Shown here in pieces: positions 9,193-23,100 of a stretch of DNA of 64,000 bases. The translations under genes and the position numbers were made by a program. The notes below the pieces were generated by a model. That model did no database searches and was not told the DNA's origin. It saw nothing but the letters and a program-made list of their open reading frames with translations. The DNA comes from Cyanophora paradoxa CCMP329 (taxonomy: Eukaryota > Plantae > Glaucophyta). The stretch's first letter is position 1, and every line of letters begins with the position of its first letter. Location: assembly GCA_004431415.1 (NCBI GenBank), contig QPMI01000524.1:124001-188000 (forward strand). Direction: 5' to 3'.

Positions 9193-12100
9193 ATGTCTAT
9201 CTACGCAGTCTGCGAGCTGCTCGTGCACTTCGATAGCTTCAGGAATATCGACTTGTTCCAGCAAGGGTGCGCGCCATGGGATAGTTCAGAATCCACCTCT
9301 AGTTGCGCGGTCTAGGCCGTGCTAGACACCTTCTACGGTGCTACCGTCGCATCCCTAGCAGCACTGGGACCTTTGGAGCGGCTGCGAGCGGCCCGAGCCG
9401 CAGGCTGCACCTCCGCCTGCTTGCAGCTAACCACGGCCGCGCCGCCCGCCGGCAGATGGTATCACATTCGGACTCGCATCTACTCAGAGAAGACGATGAG
9501 TCCTGGGGTGCCCATCACGCACTTCAAGACGTCCTCTCACGCCTGTGAGCGATGAGGGATCCTTTCACCCACCGTCCCTCCCGCCGCTGACGGGCGGCCC
9601 GCGCGCCATATTCACAGCTGGACCGGGACTGTTCGTCGTCCCCGCGCACATGGACACAGAGAAGATGACATTTGCGTGTCGCACCTTCTCCGTTATGTAC
9701 TGCGACGATCGCGGAGACCTGGGCGACGTGGGCTACTTCCGTATCGAGCTAGAGACCAATAAGGTCCGTTCTGGACAGCTGTCGGAGCCCGCGCCGCGCG
9801 CCTGCTGTAACGCCTCTGTCCGCAGGACATGACGGTCGAGCCCGTGATGATTGAGTTCGAGCTCATGTTCTGCAGCGCCAGCAGGAAGTGCGTAGCTGCG
9901 TCTTTCTGCCCCAGCTGCTCCCCCCTGACCGTTCACCGCTAGAACGCCTCCGTCGAGTGGCGCGGACTTTGAGCGGGTCGCCGTCCAGCGCATCCGGATC
10001 CAGAACCTGACGAAGGGCATCCACTCTTACTTCGGAGCGATGTTCGACGAGTGGCACCTGGTCCTCGCGAACATCATGGTGCACTCGGTGCTGCTGGACT
10101 TCCGCTTCCGCAGCACGCCGCCCGTCGCCTACGACCCGTCCGCCACTTCCTTTCCTTTGTTTCCTCGCCCCCGCCCACGCGTTCCGCCCCCAGGACGAAG
10201 GTTGAGAAGACCGGCTCGAAGCCGGCGGCCCCGGGGGCGAAGCCCGGGATTCCAACGTCGCGGGCTCCGGCGGAGAAGCGGAAGAGCAAGGTCCAGCCGT
10301 CCTGCTCGCCGTTCTGCGCGTACTACACGTCGAAGGGCGGCCTGCCCTCGTCGCTGGCGTCCCTCCTCTTCCCCTCCTCGCTCTACTCGGACAGCGGCTC
10401 GAAGTGGCCGGCCATCGCGTGGCGCAAGCGGGACCCGATCCCGAACTTCATGGTGGAGGCCGGCAGCGAGCAGGACGAGCCGATGCGGCAGCAGGAGGCG
10501 GACGCCAGCCTCGCCGACTCGCTGAAGCCCGTCATGAACGGCGCGCACCAGTCCCCGCGCACCATGGAGAGCATCATGCGGGCGCCCAGCACCACCGGCA
10601 ACGGCCCCGCCGCCGCCGCCAAGGGCGCCACGCCCGTCCCGGGCCCGCTGCCGACGGAGCCGCAGCGGCCGGCGAGCCCGTCGAGCCCGCGCCCGAACGA
10701 TGCGACCTGCCTGCGGCCCGTGAACCCGCTCCTGAAGCACGCGGAGAGCGTGCACCGGCAGTACACGGGCCCCCTCAACGAGGCGTACCGCCGCCTCTCG
10801 CGCAAGCTCGGGGCGATGTTCGCGGACGCGCCGCTCACCGTCGGCCAGCGCCGCATGCTGGAGGACACGCTGCGGCTCCCTCCCCTGCGGCTCCCCTGGG
10901 ACGCGCCGGCCTCCTCGGGCGACGTCATCAAGCGGACGGGCTCGTTGGGGAAGGCGAACGGCGCGGCGGCGGCGGCGGCGCTGAACGAGAGCGCGAACCG
11001 TTTCGACACGATCTTCCGGGACATTGCGAACCCCAAGCCGGAGAAGCTGGCCGACGTCCTTGTCTCGGACATGCACCAGATCGCCGAGCAGATCTTCGAC
11101 CTGTGGCGCCGGCTGATGACCCTCTGCGTGCACTGCCCGCGGGAGCTCTGCTCGGTGCTGCGGAACCGGTTCGAGAGGAAGCTTCAGGTGCGCTGGGCGC
11201 ACTCGACCTACCGGGACATCCTCGACGCCTCCTACCTCCACGGCCTCCCCGAGGACGTGTACGCTCCCTTTCGATCCGCCCTCTTCGCTTCGATCTCTTA
11301 CGAGCCCGCTTGTTCTTTTGTTTGTTTGCTCGCAGGCCGGAGCTCAACACCGACCGCGCGGATAAGCTCAGGAAAGAGGACGCGTACATCAAGGTGCCCG
11401 CGCGCGCGGCGCCGCCGGCTCCTACGCGCCTCTGCTCAACGCCGTGCCGGCCGCTCGCGCAGCTGGAGATGCCGGTGGAGGACTTGCTGGTCCCTGTGAA
11501 CGCGCTGATGCAGCCGGTGCTCTTCCAGCAGCTCTACCAGTTCGGCGGCAAGGACGGCGCCGAGAAGGAGAAGCCCGACGCGGAGGTCGCTGCGGCGACG
11601 GCGGCGGCGCTGGCGGCGGCGGCGGGCGAGGGCGCGCGATCGGTCTTCAGCGGCGTCGGGGCGACGAAGACGCTGGGCGAGCTGAACGAGCACGTCACGC
11701 CGCGCTCTAACCGGACAGCGGACGGCCTCGTCTCGCTCCTGTCCGACGGCAAGCACCGGGAGGCCGGCGGCAGCGGCGAGGGCGCCGGCTCCAGCGGCAG
11801 CGGCGCCGGCTCCTCGTCCTCGGGCGGCGCGGCGGCGGTGGGGACGCCGCTCGCGCTGGGCGACATCAACCTGGGGCTGGGCGGCAAGCAGCCCGGGGAC
11901 GGGCACCTGATCGTGTTCGTGCACGGGTTCCAGGGCAACGCATTCGACCTGCGGCTCTTCCGGGACTACCTGCAGCTCTTCGACACGCGCGCCGAGTTCC
12001 TCATGTCCTCCGCCAACGAGTCGGAGAAGACGACCGGCTGCCTCCGCCAGATGGGCCTCGCCCTCGCCCGCGAGGTCCACGACTTCGTGCAGCGCAACGC

Positions 12101-12851
12101 GCCCCAGTTCCGCCTCTCCCGCCTCTCCTTCGTCGGCCACTCCATCGGCGGCGTCATCATCCGCTCGGCCCTCACGCAGGCGCCCATGAAGCCCTACCTC
12201 CCCTTCCTCTACACCTACGTCTCCCTCTCCGCCCCGCACCTCGGCTACATGTACGCCTCCAACCGCCTCATGCAGTCCGGTGCGCCGCGCCGCGCCCCGC
12301 CCCGCCTCGCCGAGCGCCGTCCTCGTTCCTTGACGGCCTCCCTCGCAGCCATGTGGTTCCTGCGCACCGTCAAGAAGTGCAAGTCGGTGCAGCAGCTGGC
12401 CGTGCAGGACGCGACGACCGTCCGCGGCTCCTTCCTCTTCGAGCTCTCCCAGTCGGACGCGCTGCGCCACTTCAAGAACGTCGTGCTCGTCTCGAGCCCG
12501 CAGGACCGGTACAGCCCCTGGCACTCCTCCCGCGTCGAGAACAGCCCGGAGGCGATGGAGGACGCGGCCAGCTCGGACCCCACCCGCCAGGAGCGCGGTG
12601 CGCCGGGCCCGCCGCTCCCCGCCCCGCCCCCGCCCCGCTCAGGCGGGGAAGCAGGCAAGGCGTACGCGGACATGGTGAAGGGCCTGATGTGGTGCCTGAA
12701 GCCGGAGCAGCTGATCCGCCTGGACGTCGTCTTCGGCAACCAGAAGCGCAACCTCGACTCGGCGATCGGCCGCACGGCGCACATCCAGCTCCTCGAGTGC
12801 CGCCAGTTCATCCACATGTTCTGCACCATGTTCCGCCCCTACTTCGAATGA
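9193..12851 (+). CDS. FAM135-like protein with a C-terminal DUF676 alpha/beta hydrolase (putative lipase)
   Basis: N-terminus MSIYAVCELLVHFDSFRNIDLFQQG/WYHIR matches the FAM135 signature. C-terminus has HLIVFVHGFQGNAFDL, nucleophile motif SFVGHSIGG, SLSAPHLG, SSPQDRYSPWHSSRVE and IGRTAHI. TGA ends at 12851. Confidence 0.9.
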
Positions 12852-13233
12852 TCACCCCGCGGGCGACCGTCCCGCCGCGCCCCTTTCGCGGGCCCCGCCC
12901 GGCCCAGGCTTTCTGTAGATATGTTACGCCTTGCATTTTGTCCCATGTTAGATGCACCGCTTCTTTGGACCGCTGGCGCCCCAGCCTCGCCGCCCTCCGC
13001 ACAGCCCCGCGCTGAAAGTTCGCACTGCATTTCTCAGAGCAGGATAGAAAGCTTAAGAACGATGTCTGCATGTGAGGGGGCACTGAACGCATTACTTAGT
13101 CGGATCATGAACGACTCTGCTGGCCGCTGCGCAGCGGCTCCAGCGGGCATGCACTGTGAGCAAAAAGGAAAAGAAGACAACTGGACTCGAGGGGGAACTA
13201 AGAAGAAGCTACGGCGAGGGTCCGGAGCTGGGT

Positions 13234-15096
13234 TTACGAATCCTCCGCCTCGGCGCTCCGCTTCTTCTTCTGAGCGGGGGAGGCGGCGGCTCAGAATGGA
13301 CCGAGGACGGGACGGGGCGCGGCGGGCGCGGCCGACCTTCTTTTTCCTCTCACCCGAGGCCGGGGAGGCTTCGGGCTCGGCGGCCGGCTCCTCCTCGGCG
13401 GGCGCCTCCTCCGCCGCCCCCTCGTCCTTGCGCTCCTTGTTCTTTTTCTTCTTCTTTTTCTTCTTCTCGGGCTCCGCCTCGTCCAGGAGCTCCGGGGGCG
13501 GCGGGATCGCCGCGTGCTGCGGCTCCGCCTCCTCCGCCTCCGCCTCCGCGCCCTCCTCCTCGCTCGCCGCCTTCTTCTTCTTCTGCGGGGGGCCGGGTGA
13601 GGGCCGGAGGGCGCCCCGGGGGAGGGCGGGGCGTGCCTTGCGCTTCTTTTTCTCGGCGGCCTCTTCGCAGGGGGCGGCCTCGGGCTCGCCGTCGCTGCCG
13701 GCGGCCTCGCCCGTGAACCCCAGCCCGGCCTTGGCGCGCTTCTTCTTGCTCCGCTCCGCCGGCGCCGCCTCCGCCGCCGCCGCGTGGAACCCCAGGCCCG
13801 TGCGGCCCTCCCCCTCCCCCTCGTCCGAGGCCTCCCGCGGGGCCGGCGCCGGCTCCGCCGCCTCCGCCTCCTCCGCCTCCCGCCGCTTCCGCTTCTTCTC
13901 CTCCTTCTTAGCCTTCTTCCGCGCCTCCTTGCTCTCCTCGGGCGAGGCGGCGGCCGCGGCGGCGGCGGCGGGCGGCGGGGACGGGGACGGCGAGGCGCCA
14001 GCGGCGCGCGCGGCCTTGAACGCTTCCTCCTGCTGCCGAATCCGCTCGAGCTTCCCCGCCGCGCCGAAGTTCTGCGCGCCGCGGCTCAGCGCGCGCGGGG
14101 CGGGGCGGGGCGGGGCAGGGCGAGGCGGGGGCGCTGCGCGCGGGGCAGACCTGCCGGCAGGTGCGGCCGCCGCATGCGGCGAAGAGATCCGCATCGGAGA
14201 TCGCGGGGGCTACCTCGGCGTCGCTGTCGCTGTCGCTGTCGTCCTTGCCCTTGAGCGCCGGCGAAGCCTTCCCGTTCGCCTTGGGCGCGGGCGATGCCTT
14301 CCCGTTTGCGGGCGCGCTGCGCTAACGTAAGCGCCGCGCGGCGCGGCTCGGGGACTCCGGGGGACACGGCAGCACCTCTCCCCCTCGACGGTCTTCCAGG
14401 GATAGAAGCCGTTCGCGGGCTGGATGGTCTCGCGCTTGACGAATTTGTTGAAGAAGAGGTTGGGGGAGAAAGGGCTGGCAGACGCGCCCATCGCCGGCGG
14501 CGAGGAGCTGGGGCCCATGCTGAAGCCCACGCGGTCGCAGGCGTCGGGATCGTCCGCCGGCTCGGGCGACTTCGCCTTGGCGGGCGCCGCCTTCTGCGGA
14601 TCCTCCGCATCGCTGTCGTCCTTTGCCTCCTCCTGCGCACCATTCCCCCGCTCGCACGAACGCCCCGCGCACAGCCGGCGGGCGCAGCACCTTGGGCGAT
14701 GCCTTGGGGGAGCTGTCCGTAGAGATCTTTGCAGCTACCTGGTTGTACAGCTTGTCCCACCACATACCCTTCGGAGCGGTGCTTTGATCCGCACCGACCT
14801 GCGCGGGCGCGAAGGGTCGCACGGCGATCGCCAGTTGAGCGCTGCGCAGCGCGATCAAGCACCCCGAGGCCGTCGGCCTTGGTCTTGACGCGGATGAACG
14901 TCGAGATGCCATTCTCATTCTTGCCAAGCCCCTTGCCCCTGTGCAGGCGTGAGCTGCGGGCGCTGCACGGCCGGTGGAGGGTTGCGCACTCGGACCACCC
15001 GTACTTGGCGAGCTGCGCGGCCGCGAACTTCGAAATGTTGCGCACACCCACGCGCTGATACGGATTGCTTGCGGCTTGGGGCGGCGGCGCTGTCAT
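13234..15096 (-). CDS. G-patch domain protein (GPATCH4/PINX1-like) with a Lys/Glu-rich tail
   Basis: KFAAAQLAKYGWSE/GKGLGKNENGISTFIRVKTKADGLG/VGAD..MWWDKLYN, then GKLERIRQQEE and a KKE-rich tail. Last exon KKKRSAEAEDS*. Confidence 0.85.
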
Positions 15097-15291
15097 CTTG
15101 CTCCCGATGCCGGGCGAACTGTCGGTACCCCCCTTGACGCAGCCTCGAACGCGATCGGGCAGCCTAGCGAGCGTCCCTGCGAACGTCTGCGAGCGTCTCT
15201 AGCTGTTAGAGCATTCAGGTGGGCTCCCAGCCGCCTTATGGCCGTTCGATTGCTCAACGCGTCCGCTACCGCACAGAATCTCATTCGGCAG

Positions 15292-16051
15292 ATGGGTAAG
15301 AGAGCCGCCGACTCAGATAAGCCAGACAGCGCGAGTGTACGTCCAGCCGACATTTCCCCGCGAATCGCGGTTGCCCCGATGTGACACGCTCGCCTGCCCC
15401 CACAGGCCAAGCGGGCACGGGACGATGACGATGAACCTCAAGTATCATCGTCCGGAAAGGTCGGCCGAGCCCCCAAGGGCCGCCAGGGCGCCGCCCTAGT
15501 GACGAACGCCTGGGACCCGCGAACAGGCCGCGCCGGCGGTGGAGCTGAGCGACAGCGGCGACGACGCGGAGGACGTTGGCGATCTGCAGGCCGGCGATGA
15601 CGAGGAGGACGATGCGGCGGACGGGCTCGACCCCGGCCCGGACAGGTTCGTTGCCGCGGGGCAGGAGGGGGCGTGAACGCGCCCTCGCCGGCGCCACTTC
15701 GAGTAACGCCCCGATTTACAGCGAGGACGAAGGCGGCTTGGCGCTGCACTACGCGATGAAGCAGAGCGAGGAGGAGCTGGAGGAGGAGCTGGACGGCGGG
15801 TCGGACGAGGAGGGCGAGCGCGAGGGCGAGGGCGTCGCGGGTGTTGGCGGACAGGAGGAGGACGAGGACGACGACGAGGAGGTGGGGGACCTGGAGGAGG
15901 CCTCGGGGGTACTACAGGAGGAGGACGAGGAGGAGGAGGAGGAGGGCGGGCAGGCGGCGGGCGTGGAGGGCGCCGAGGAGGAGGACGACGACGAGGAGCC
16001 CGGGCTGGACTCGGGCGACGACGGCCCCGCCGGCGGCCTCGGCGATGCCGG

Positions 16052-16092
<41 letters not shown>

Positions 16093-16106
16093 ACGAGGAC
16101 GACTAG
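15292..16106 (+). CDS. Small, highly acidic, probably nuclear protein (spliced)
   Basis: MGKRAADSDKPDSA..AKRARDDDDEPQ (NLS-like)..VELSDSGDDAED..EDEGGLALHYAMKQSEEELEEE..DDEDD*, with three GT-AG introns. Alternative ATG at 15238. Confidence 0.7.
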
Positions 16107-17198
16107 GCCGGCCGGCCGCTGCTGCCTGTTCCCCCGGGCGCTCCCGCTTTGTGCAGCTGTACAGCGCGATTGCGATTCGACCCCCGCATCTCTCTGTAAA
16201 TTTATACAGGAGGGTTCATCGATGGCAGCTTCGACGAGGGCGGGCGGCGGAAGTGGACTGAGGGCAGGCTTGGGCTCGGCCCCGGGCGTCTGAAGCTCGA
16301 TCGGGGGGCCAGGCCGGAGAGCAAGGGCCTAGGCCTGTCGACGCTCGGAGGCCTAGGCTGCGCGCGCTGACGTCGACAGGCTAGGCATGAATTGCATGAG
16401 CAGGCCTCAGTCCTAGGCCTCAGACGGGACTAAGCTCATATTAATAATTAAGATTGCAGCTCCGCGCTCCGCAGCTCCTCGCCTGGCAACAAATCCGAGG
16501 AGATCCGCCTCGCTGTGTCATGCATATGCCATGATGAGCGCGCGCAGCCGGCGCCCTGCCGGCACCTGTGCCGCGCTCGACCTCAGGCTAGGCCTGTCGA
16601 CGTACGCGTCCTGGATCCTGCAGCTGTCGCCGCGCGCAGCAGCTGCAGGTCGCGCTGCGCTGGGGGGGCGCTGCGCTCGACAAAAATTCGAAGGTCGATC
16701 CTGCTGCACTGCGGCAGCGCGCTTGAGCGCTTCATAAGTTCGAAGCGAGGTGCACATTTGCATGCACCTACGAACTCCAGAGCGAGCGCGTCCAACACGA
16801 GCGCGACGAGCGAGGCCGTCTCCAGAAGCTACGCTTCAGCCAGTGTGCCGGACCTCCGTGAGAGTGTACCCTTGACGTGGAGCCCATCGCCCCCAGCGTC
16901 GCGGTCAGGAGGCGTCATCGCTCGCTCTGAAACGAACGCGAGTGAAGAGCGTCGGCGCGGAAATCGGCTTCGGCCGTGGGCCGACGCTGAGCAGCCTACG
17001 CCAGCGAGCCAGCGCGGGCCGCGCCAGCAATGCTGGGCGCGCGTATACACACCGCAGCGGCGCTCCGGACGGCGCTGGGACCGCTCCGGGGCCCGTCGGC
17101 GCACACTGCAACAGCGCCGCGCCAGCTGCTGCACGCGCCGCCGGGCCTGGCGTGCATCGAGCCGCCCAGGAGTGCACGGTGCGTTCCGGTGCGTTCCG

Positions 17199-20100
17199 AT
17201 GAGCGCGCGGGGCCCTGATCAAAGCGGCGCCGGACAGGGCGCCTGCGTCAAGCCAAGTGCGGCCGGCGTCATACGCCCCCGCGGGATGGAGCAGAGCGAT
17301 GTGCGTGCGAGCGCCGGAAAGCGCTTTGCGCGCCGACCGCCGCCGGCCGCGTGCGCACGCGCAGGTCGCCGCCGGCGGTCCCGGTCCGCGGGGCAGCGGG
17401 CGTTGCGGGCCGCCGCATGCTCCCCTCGAGCCTCGCCGGCCTGGCGGTGGTCAAGGCGCGCGCGCCCGTGCCCCCCGGCGCCGCGAGTGAGGGCCCCGGC
17501 GTCGAGCTCCGGGGCGCAGGTCACGCGCCCGCCGAGCGCCGCCGTCGAGTTCCTCAGGTCGCAGCTCGGCTTCTCCGACGAGGAGGCCCGCCCGCCCGCC
17601 CCGCACCCCCGGCCGTGTCCCCCCCGAACCCTCTCCTCTCCCCCGCAGGTGCAGCGGCTGACGGCGCAGCGGCTCTACCGGACGCGGTGGCGCCTTAGGC
17701 AGCAGGCCCGCCTCCTCGCGCCCGCTCAGATCTGAAGCTTCTGAGGGGGCCTCCCTGGGGCCGGCGCGCAAAGAGTCTCACAGGAGAGCTCGCGCCCGCA
17801 GCTCCACTCCGACGAGCCCCTCTCCCTCGACGCCGTCGCGCACGTCACGGGGTACCCCCCACCCCCCACCCCTTCGCAGTTCCGTCCCGGTACCCCCGAA
17901 CTCCCCACCCCGCAGGGCCCTCCGCGACGAGGGGTTCGGGGCGGAAGAGATCCGCCGCCTCGTGCTGCAGGTTCTCCCCGTGCCCGCTCCAGCCGCCGCG
18001 TACCCCCCGGCCGAGCTGCCTTCCCTCCCCCCGGCCCGCAGATGCCGGGCGTGCTGCTGAGGACGCGGGAGGAAATCGCGGCGGCGGTTGAGGCCGCGAG
18101 CGCCGCCCACGCGGGGGACCGCGCAGCCGCCCGCCAGTTCCTGCTGTCCGCCCCCGGCCCTCAGACCCCGCCCCCGCCTTCTCGCTGGCCCTCATTCGGC
18201 GGCGCACACCCCCAGGGACCACCCCCGCCTGCTCTCCCGGGGCGAGGGCGGCCTGCGTCGCGCCTTCGCCAACGTCGCGGTGCCGCGCCCCTCCCGGGCC
18301 TCCGCCTGCCCGCCGAACCGGGCGGGGTACGCAGTTCCTGCAGCAGGAGCTGCGGCTCGGGGCGGGGGTCATGAGGCGCCTTGTGCGGCTGAACGTCCTT
18401 TCGCTCGCCCGCGAAACCCTCGAGGAGCGGGTGCATACCCCTCCGCCCCGGTAGAAAGGCCCGCCCGGATTCGAACCCGGGACCAGGTGGCCGTGCTGGA
18501 GGCGGCCGGCCTGCAGAGGAGTACCGATCTCTCGGACCTCCTCGCGCGGGCCCCTGGTGTCCTCCTCGTACCCGCCCAGCGCCTCTCCGACCGCGTGCGC
18601 CGCCCCGCCCCTGTACCCCCGCACTCCGCACCGACCCGGAGCCGCGTTCCCCCAGATCGCCTTCTTCCGGCGCCTGGAGGGCCTGAGTACCCCCGCCGCG
18701 ACGCGGGCCTACTTCCTGAGGCGCGCGTACCCCTTGAAGCCTCTGGCTCCCGCCTCGGCTGAGGCGCCCCGGGCCCCTTCGCCAGGCACCCGGGGACGCT
18801 GGCGGGGCGGGGCGGGGCGGGGGCCGGAGGGGAGGCGGACGCCGACGTCGGGGAGAAGATGCAGCTCCTCAGGCGCCCGCCCCGGCCTCGGGCCCGAAGC
18901 CCGCCTCGCGCCCCGCGCCTGACCGGCACGGCCCGGGGGCAGGTCGCTGGGGCTCTCGCAGCGCGACCTCGCCGCCCTGCTGCGCGCCGCCCCGCACTCC
19001 CTCTCCGCCCCCTACGAGCGCCTCGCCCACACCGTCCGCCCCCGCCCCGCCCCGCTTTCCCCCCCCCCCCCGCTCCCCCCTCCCCTCCGCTTCGAGTCAT
19101 CCCGTACCCCTCCAAGGTGGACTACCTGGCTACCGAGGGCTTCGAGCGCGAGCAGCTCCTCGCCGTCGTCCGCCAGGTGCGAACCCCCGCGCCTCTCCTC
19201 CCCCCGGCTTCTCGATTCCGTTTACCCCGGCTGAATCCGGGGGGCAGAACCCGGGGCTGCTGGCGCGCGGGGCGGACTCGCTCCGGGCGACCGTTCAGTT
19301 CCTGCGCCGCGTCGGCCGCTCCCGCCACGAGGTACCCCCCCTTCCTTTCCCCCCCCCTCCCAAAGAAGAAGCGAGGACATTGAGATAAGGCGCTAAGCAG
19401 CCGGAAGCTGGCACGCCTAGAGAGGCGGCTAGAAGCTAGAAGCGGCAGCGGCGCGCTCGGCGCGGTGCTGGAGCCGGGCACGGTCGTGCGCCATAGAAGC
19501 CAGGCCCCCAGGCTTCCCCTTCGCTCCTCAGCCGCCGCGCAGGTGGCGAACACGCCGTGGGCCCTCACCTGCTCCCTCCACGCCCGCATCATGCCCCGGT
19601 GCGCGCCTCCTCGCCCCTCTCCCCTCGGCGCCTGCGAGCGAGGCGGGGCGGGGCGGGGCGGGGCGCAGGCTGCTGTTCGCGCGGAGCCGGCGGCCGGAGG
19701 CCTTCTTCGGGCTCTCCCTCCTCACCCTCCTCTCCGTCTCCGACGAGCGGTGCGCCCCGCCCCCGCCCCTCCTGCCTCCGATCCGACCCACCCCTCCGCG
19801 CCCTCGCTCGCTCACCGCCCGCGCCCTCGCGTCAGGTTCGCGACGATGTGCCGGGCGCCGCTGGCGGCGTGGCACGACTTCCAGGCCCCCTTCGCCGCCG
19901 GCCTCGCCCCCGGCGAGGCCGCCCCCGCCTCCGCCCCCGCCCTCGCCCCTTCCCCCGCCGCCGCCACCCTCGACGACCTCGCCGCGGTACCCGCCCCGCC
20001 GCTCTGTTTGTGCGTCTCTTCCTGGGCGCTCACCTGAGAGGCGGGGGCAGAGCCTGGCGATGGGGGGCGACGCGGAGGCGGAGGACGCGGGGCGGTGGGA

Positions 20101-23100
20101 CGCGGCCCCGGGCGAGGGCGCCCCCGCCCGCGCCGCCCTCTCCTCCCTCGGCATGTCCCCAGAGGAGGCGAGCCCCGTACCCTCCACGAAAACCCCGTAC
20201 CCCCTGACGCTCCTTCCCCCCAGGTGGACGCGGCGCTGGAGGCGTCGCCGCTGCTTCGGTTCATGCCGCAGCGGCACCTCCAGGAGCGGGTGGGCACGCT
20301 CCCGCCTGACTTCCATAACATTCCCTGTCCCTCTGATCTGCCAAGCAGTTGGAGGCGTGGGGCGAAGAGGGCCTGGGCCCCGCCCACGTCCGCGAGCTCG
20401 CCCGCCGCTCCCCGCGCGCCATCACCGTACCCCCCGAAGTCGTCCACGCGAAGGTGCCATGCCCTCCTCCTCCACCCGTCCCAGGGTACAGTGCGGCCCA
20501 GCGTTCGCGTACACCGCAGGCCCTGGAGCTGCGGCGGTTCGGGTTCTCGCCGGACGAGCTGCTCCGGTACCCCGCCTTCCTCTTCGTCTCCGCCGACAAG
20601 ACGCGGCCCCGGTACCCCCCCTCCCCCCCCCCCCCCCCCCCCCCCCGCCCCCCCTTCCCCCCGCCCCGCCCTGAGGTTGCGGCCAGGCTGGAGTTCCACG
20701 GGCGGGCGGTGAAGGAGGGCCGCCTGGAGCGGCCGCTGGCGCTCTCGTCGGTGGTCAGCACGCACGGCCCCCGCTTCGCCGCCATGTGCAGGGCCTCCCC
20801 GGAGCAGGTGCCCCGGGCGCTCCCCCCGGCCCCCGCCATTCCGTCGTCCCCGGCGGCACGCCGCCCGCGCCGCCGACATCCTCCCTCCCCGGCGCAGTGG
20901 GCCGCCTTCCGCCGCCGCCGCTCGCGCCTCACGCGCGAGTCGGCGACCGCCGCCGCCGCCCGCGGCTTCCTCGGCTCGGTGGGCGTATCCCCCGCCGCGG
21001 TCGAGGCGCTCCTCGCGCGGGAGCCGATCGTCGCCGAGCTCTCCGTCGAGAACCTCGCCTCCAAGGCGCGCTGTACCCCCCTGCCCTTCCCCCCCTTCGT
21101 TGTCTCATGCTCGCTTAGGTGAGGGAGCTCGAGGGGACAGGCCTCTCGGGGGCGGCCCTCTCCTCCGTCCTCGTCCGCTCCCCCCAGGTCCGAGAACAGC
21201 GATTCCCGTACCCGCCCCCGGCCCTGAATTCGGACTCGTACCCCCGCCGCAGATCCTCAAGTACTCCGTCCGCACCCTCCGCCGCCAGGTCCGCTTCCCG
21301 CACCCCTCCCCCTCCCCACTGCCTCCCCCGACCCCTTGGTGCGATCCTCGTACCCCCAGCTGGCGATGCTGCGGGCGTGGCTGGAGCAGCGGCGGCCGGG
21401 GACGCCGCTGGCGGAGGGCGTGGCGCGGTACCCCCTCTCCCTCGCCCTCAACCTCGGGCCCGCCTCGCTCGTCGCCCGCGAGAAGCTCCACCTCCTCGCG
21501 TCCGCGGCCCCGGCTCCCCCCCCCCCCCCCCCCCCCCCCTTGCAACCTCAGCGTGTACCCCCCCGCGCAGGTCGCTGGGGATCCGGCCGGGGGACCTGGC
21601 GGGGCTCGTGCGGCGCGCCCCCTCCGTCCTCCGCGCCTCCACCGCCAACCTCGCCACCAAGGCCCGCCCCCGCCCTGTACCCCTCCCCCCGCCTCCTCGA
21701 GCCGGGCCCCGCGTGCAGATCGACGCCCTCTCCGGCCTCGGGTTCCGCGGCAACGCCCTTCGCGACATCGTTCTCCGGTACCCCTCGTGTCCCCCCGCCG
21801 GGAACCGTACCCCCTGACCGTTTTCCCTCCGGGGCAGCTTCCCAGCCGTCCTCACCCTCGCCTCGCACTCCCTCCAGGCGCCCCCGTACCCCCCGTCGGT
21901 TCGCTCGTCCACCCCCTCACCCCCTCACAGGAGCGCCTCGACGTCCTCGCCGAGGCGGGCGTACCCCACGAGGGCGTCGTCAAGTCTGCTGTACCCCCGA
22001 TCGGTCGCTCCCCTCCCCCTTGAACCGTTCACGCAGGTCCCCGAAGCTGCTGCGCCTCAGCCCGCGCTTCGTCTGCGCGAGGCGCGCGCCGCCGTCCCTT
22101 TACCCCGCTCGTCTCGCTCACTACCCGCCCCCTCCCCCCCCCCCCCCCACACCCCTCCTCTCCACCCCCTCCCCCGACAGGGCACTGTTCCTGCGGATGC
22201 ACCGGCCGGGCCCGTACCCTCCGCCCGGCCTTGCCGCTGCGTCGTTTCTCAGCTCGACAGACGAGAAGGCTCGCCTGTCCCCCCAGCCCGCCCGCCCCGC
22301 ATACCTCTCTCTCCGTCCTTCTCAGACGGCGTACCCCGCAGTTTGCGCGGCAGGCGGGGGCGGCCCCCGACGCCTGGCGCGCCTTCCGCGCCCGGTACCC
22401 CTCCTCCTTCCCCCCAGCCTCTCCCCCCGACCGGGGGCGGCAGGGTGGCGGGGTCGCCGGTGGGGCCGCTGCGGGAGGCGCTGGCGGGGGCGGCGCCGCT
22501 CGCCTTCGTCGACGACGCCCTCGCCGCCCTCGAGGCCCGCGGTCCGGCCCGCCCCCGCCCCGCCCGCCCCGCCCGCCGGCCGCGGCCGATCTCTCCTCGC
22601 GAAGGCTCGAGGGGCGACCCCGAGGCCGCCGCCGCCCGCGCCCAGCTCCGGTACGGCGTCCCTCCCCCCAGTCCCGTTCCTCCCCCCGTCCTGACCCTTC
22701 TACTCCTCCCTCTCCCCCTCCCCTCCCCTCCCCCCCCCCTCTCCTCCCGTTCCCGCAGGCGGCGCGGGGTGGGCGACGCGGACCTCGCACTCCTCGCCTC
22801 GCGGTACCCCCCCGCGCAGTCCCTGCCCCACGCCGCCCTCGCCGAGCGGGTGCGTACCCCCGTCACCATCTATCCCTTCCCCCCCAAACTGAGCGGAGGG
22901 TAGGTCGAGGCCCTCGTGTCTGCCGGCTTCGACGAGGCCGGCGTCTGTACCCGGGAGGCCCTCGCCAGGTACCCCCACCCTCTCCAACCCCCTCAACCCC
23001 CCCCCCCCCCCGGCGATTTCTGAGGCGGGGTACAGGGCGCCTGAGATCGCAGGCCTGCGCCCACGGGAACTGCAGGCGCGCCGTGCCTTCGAAGTGAGCG

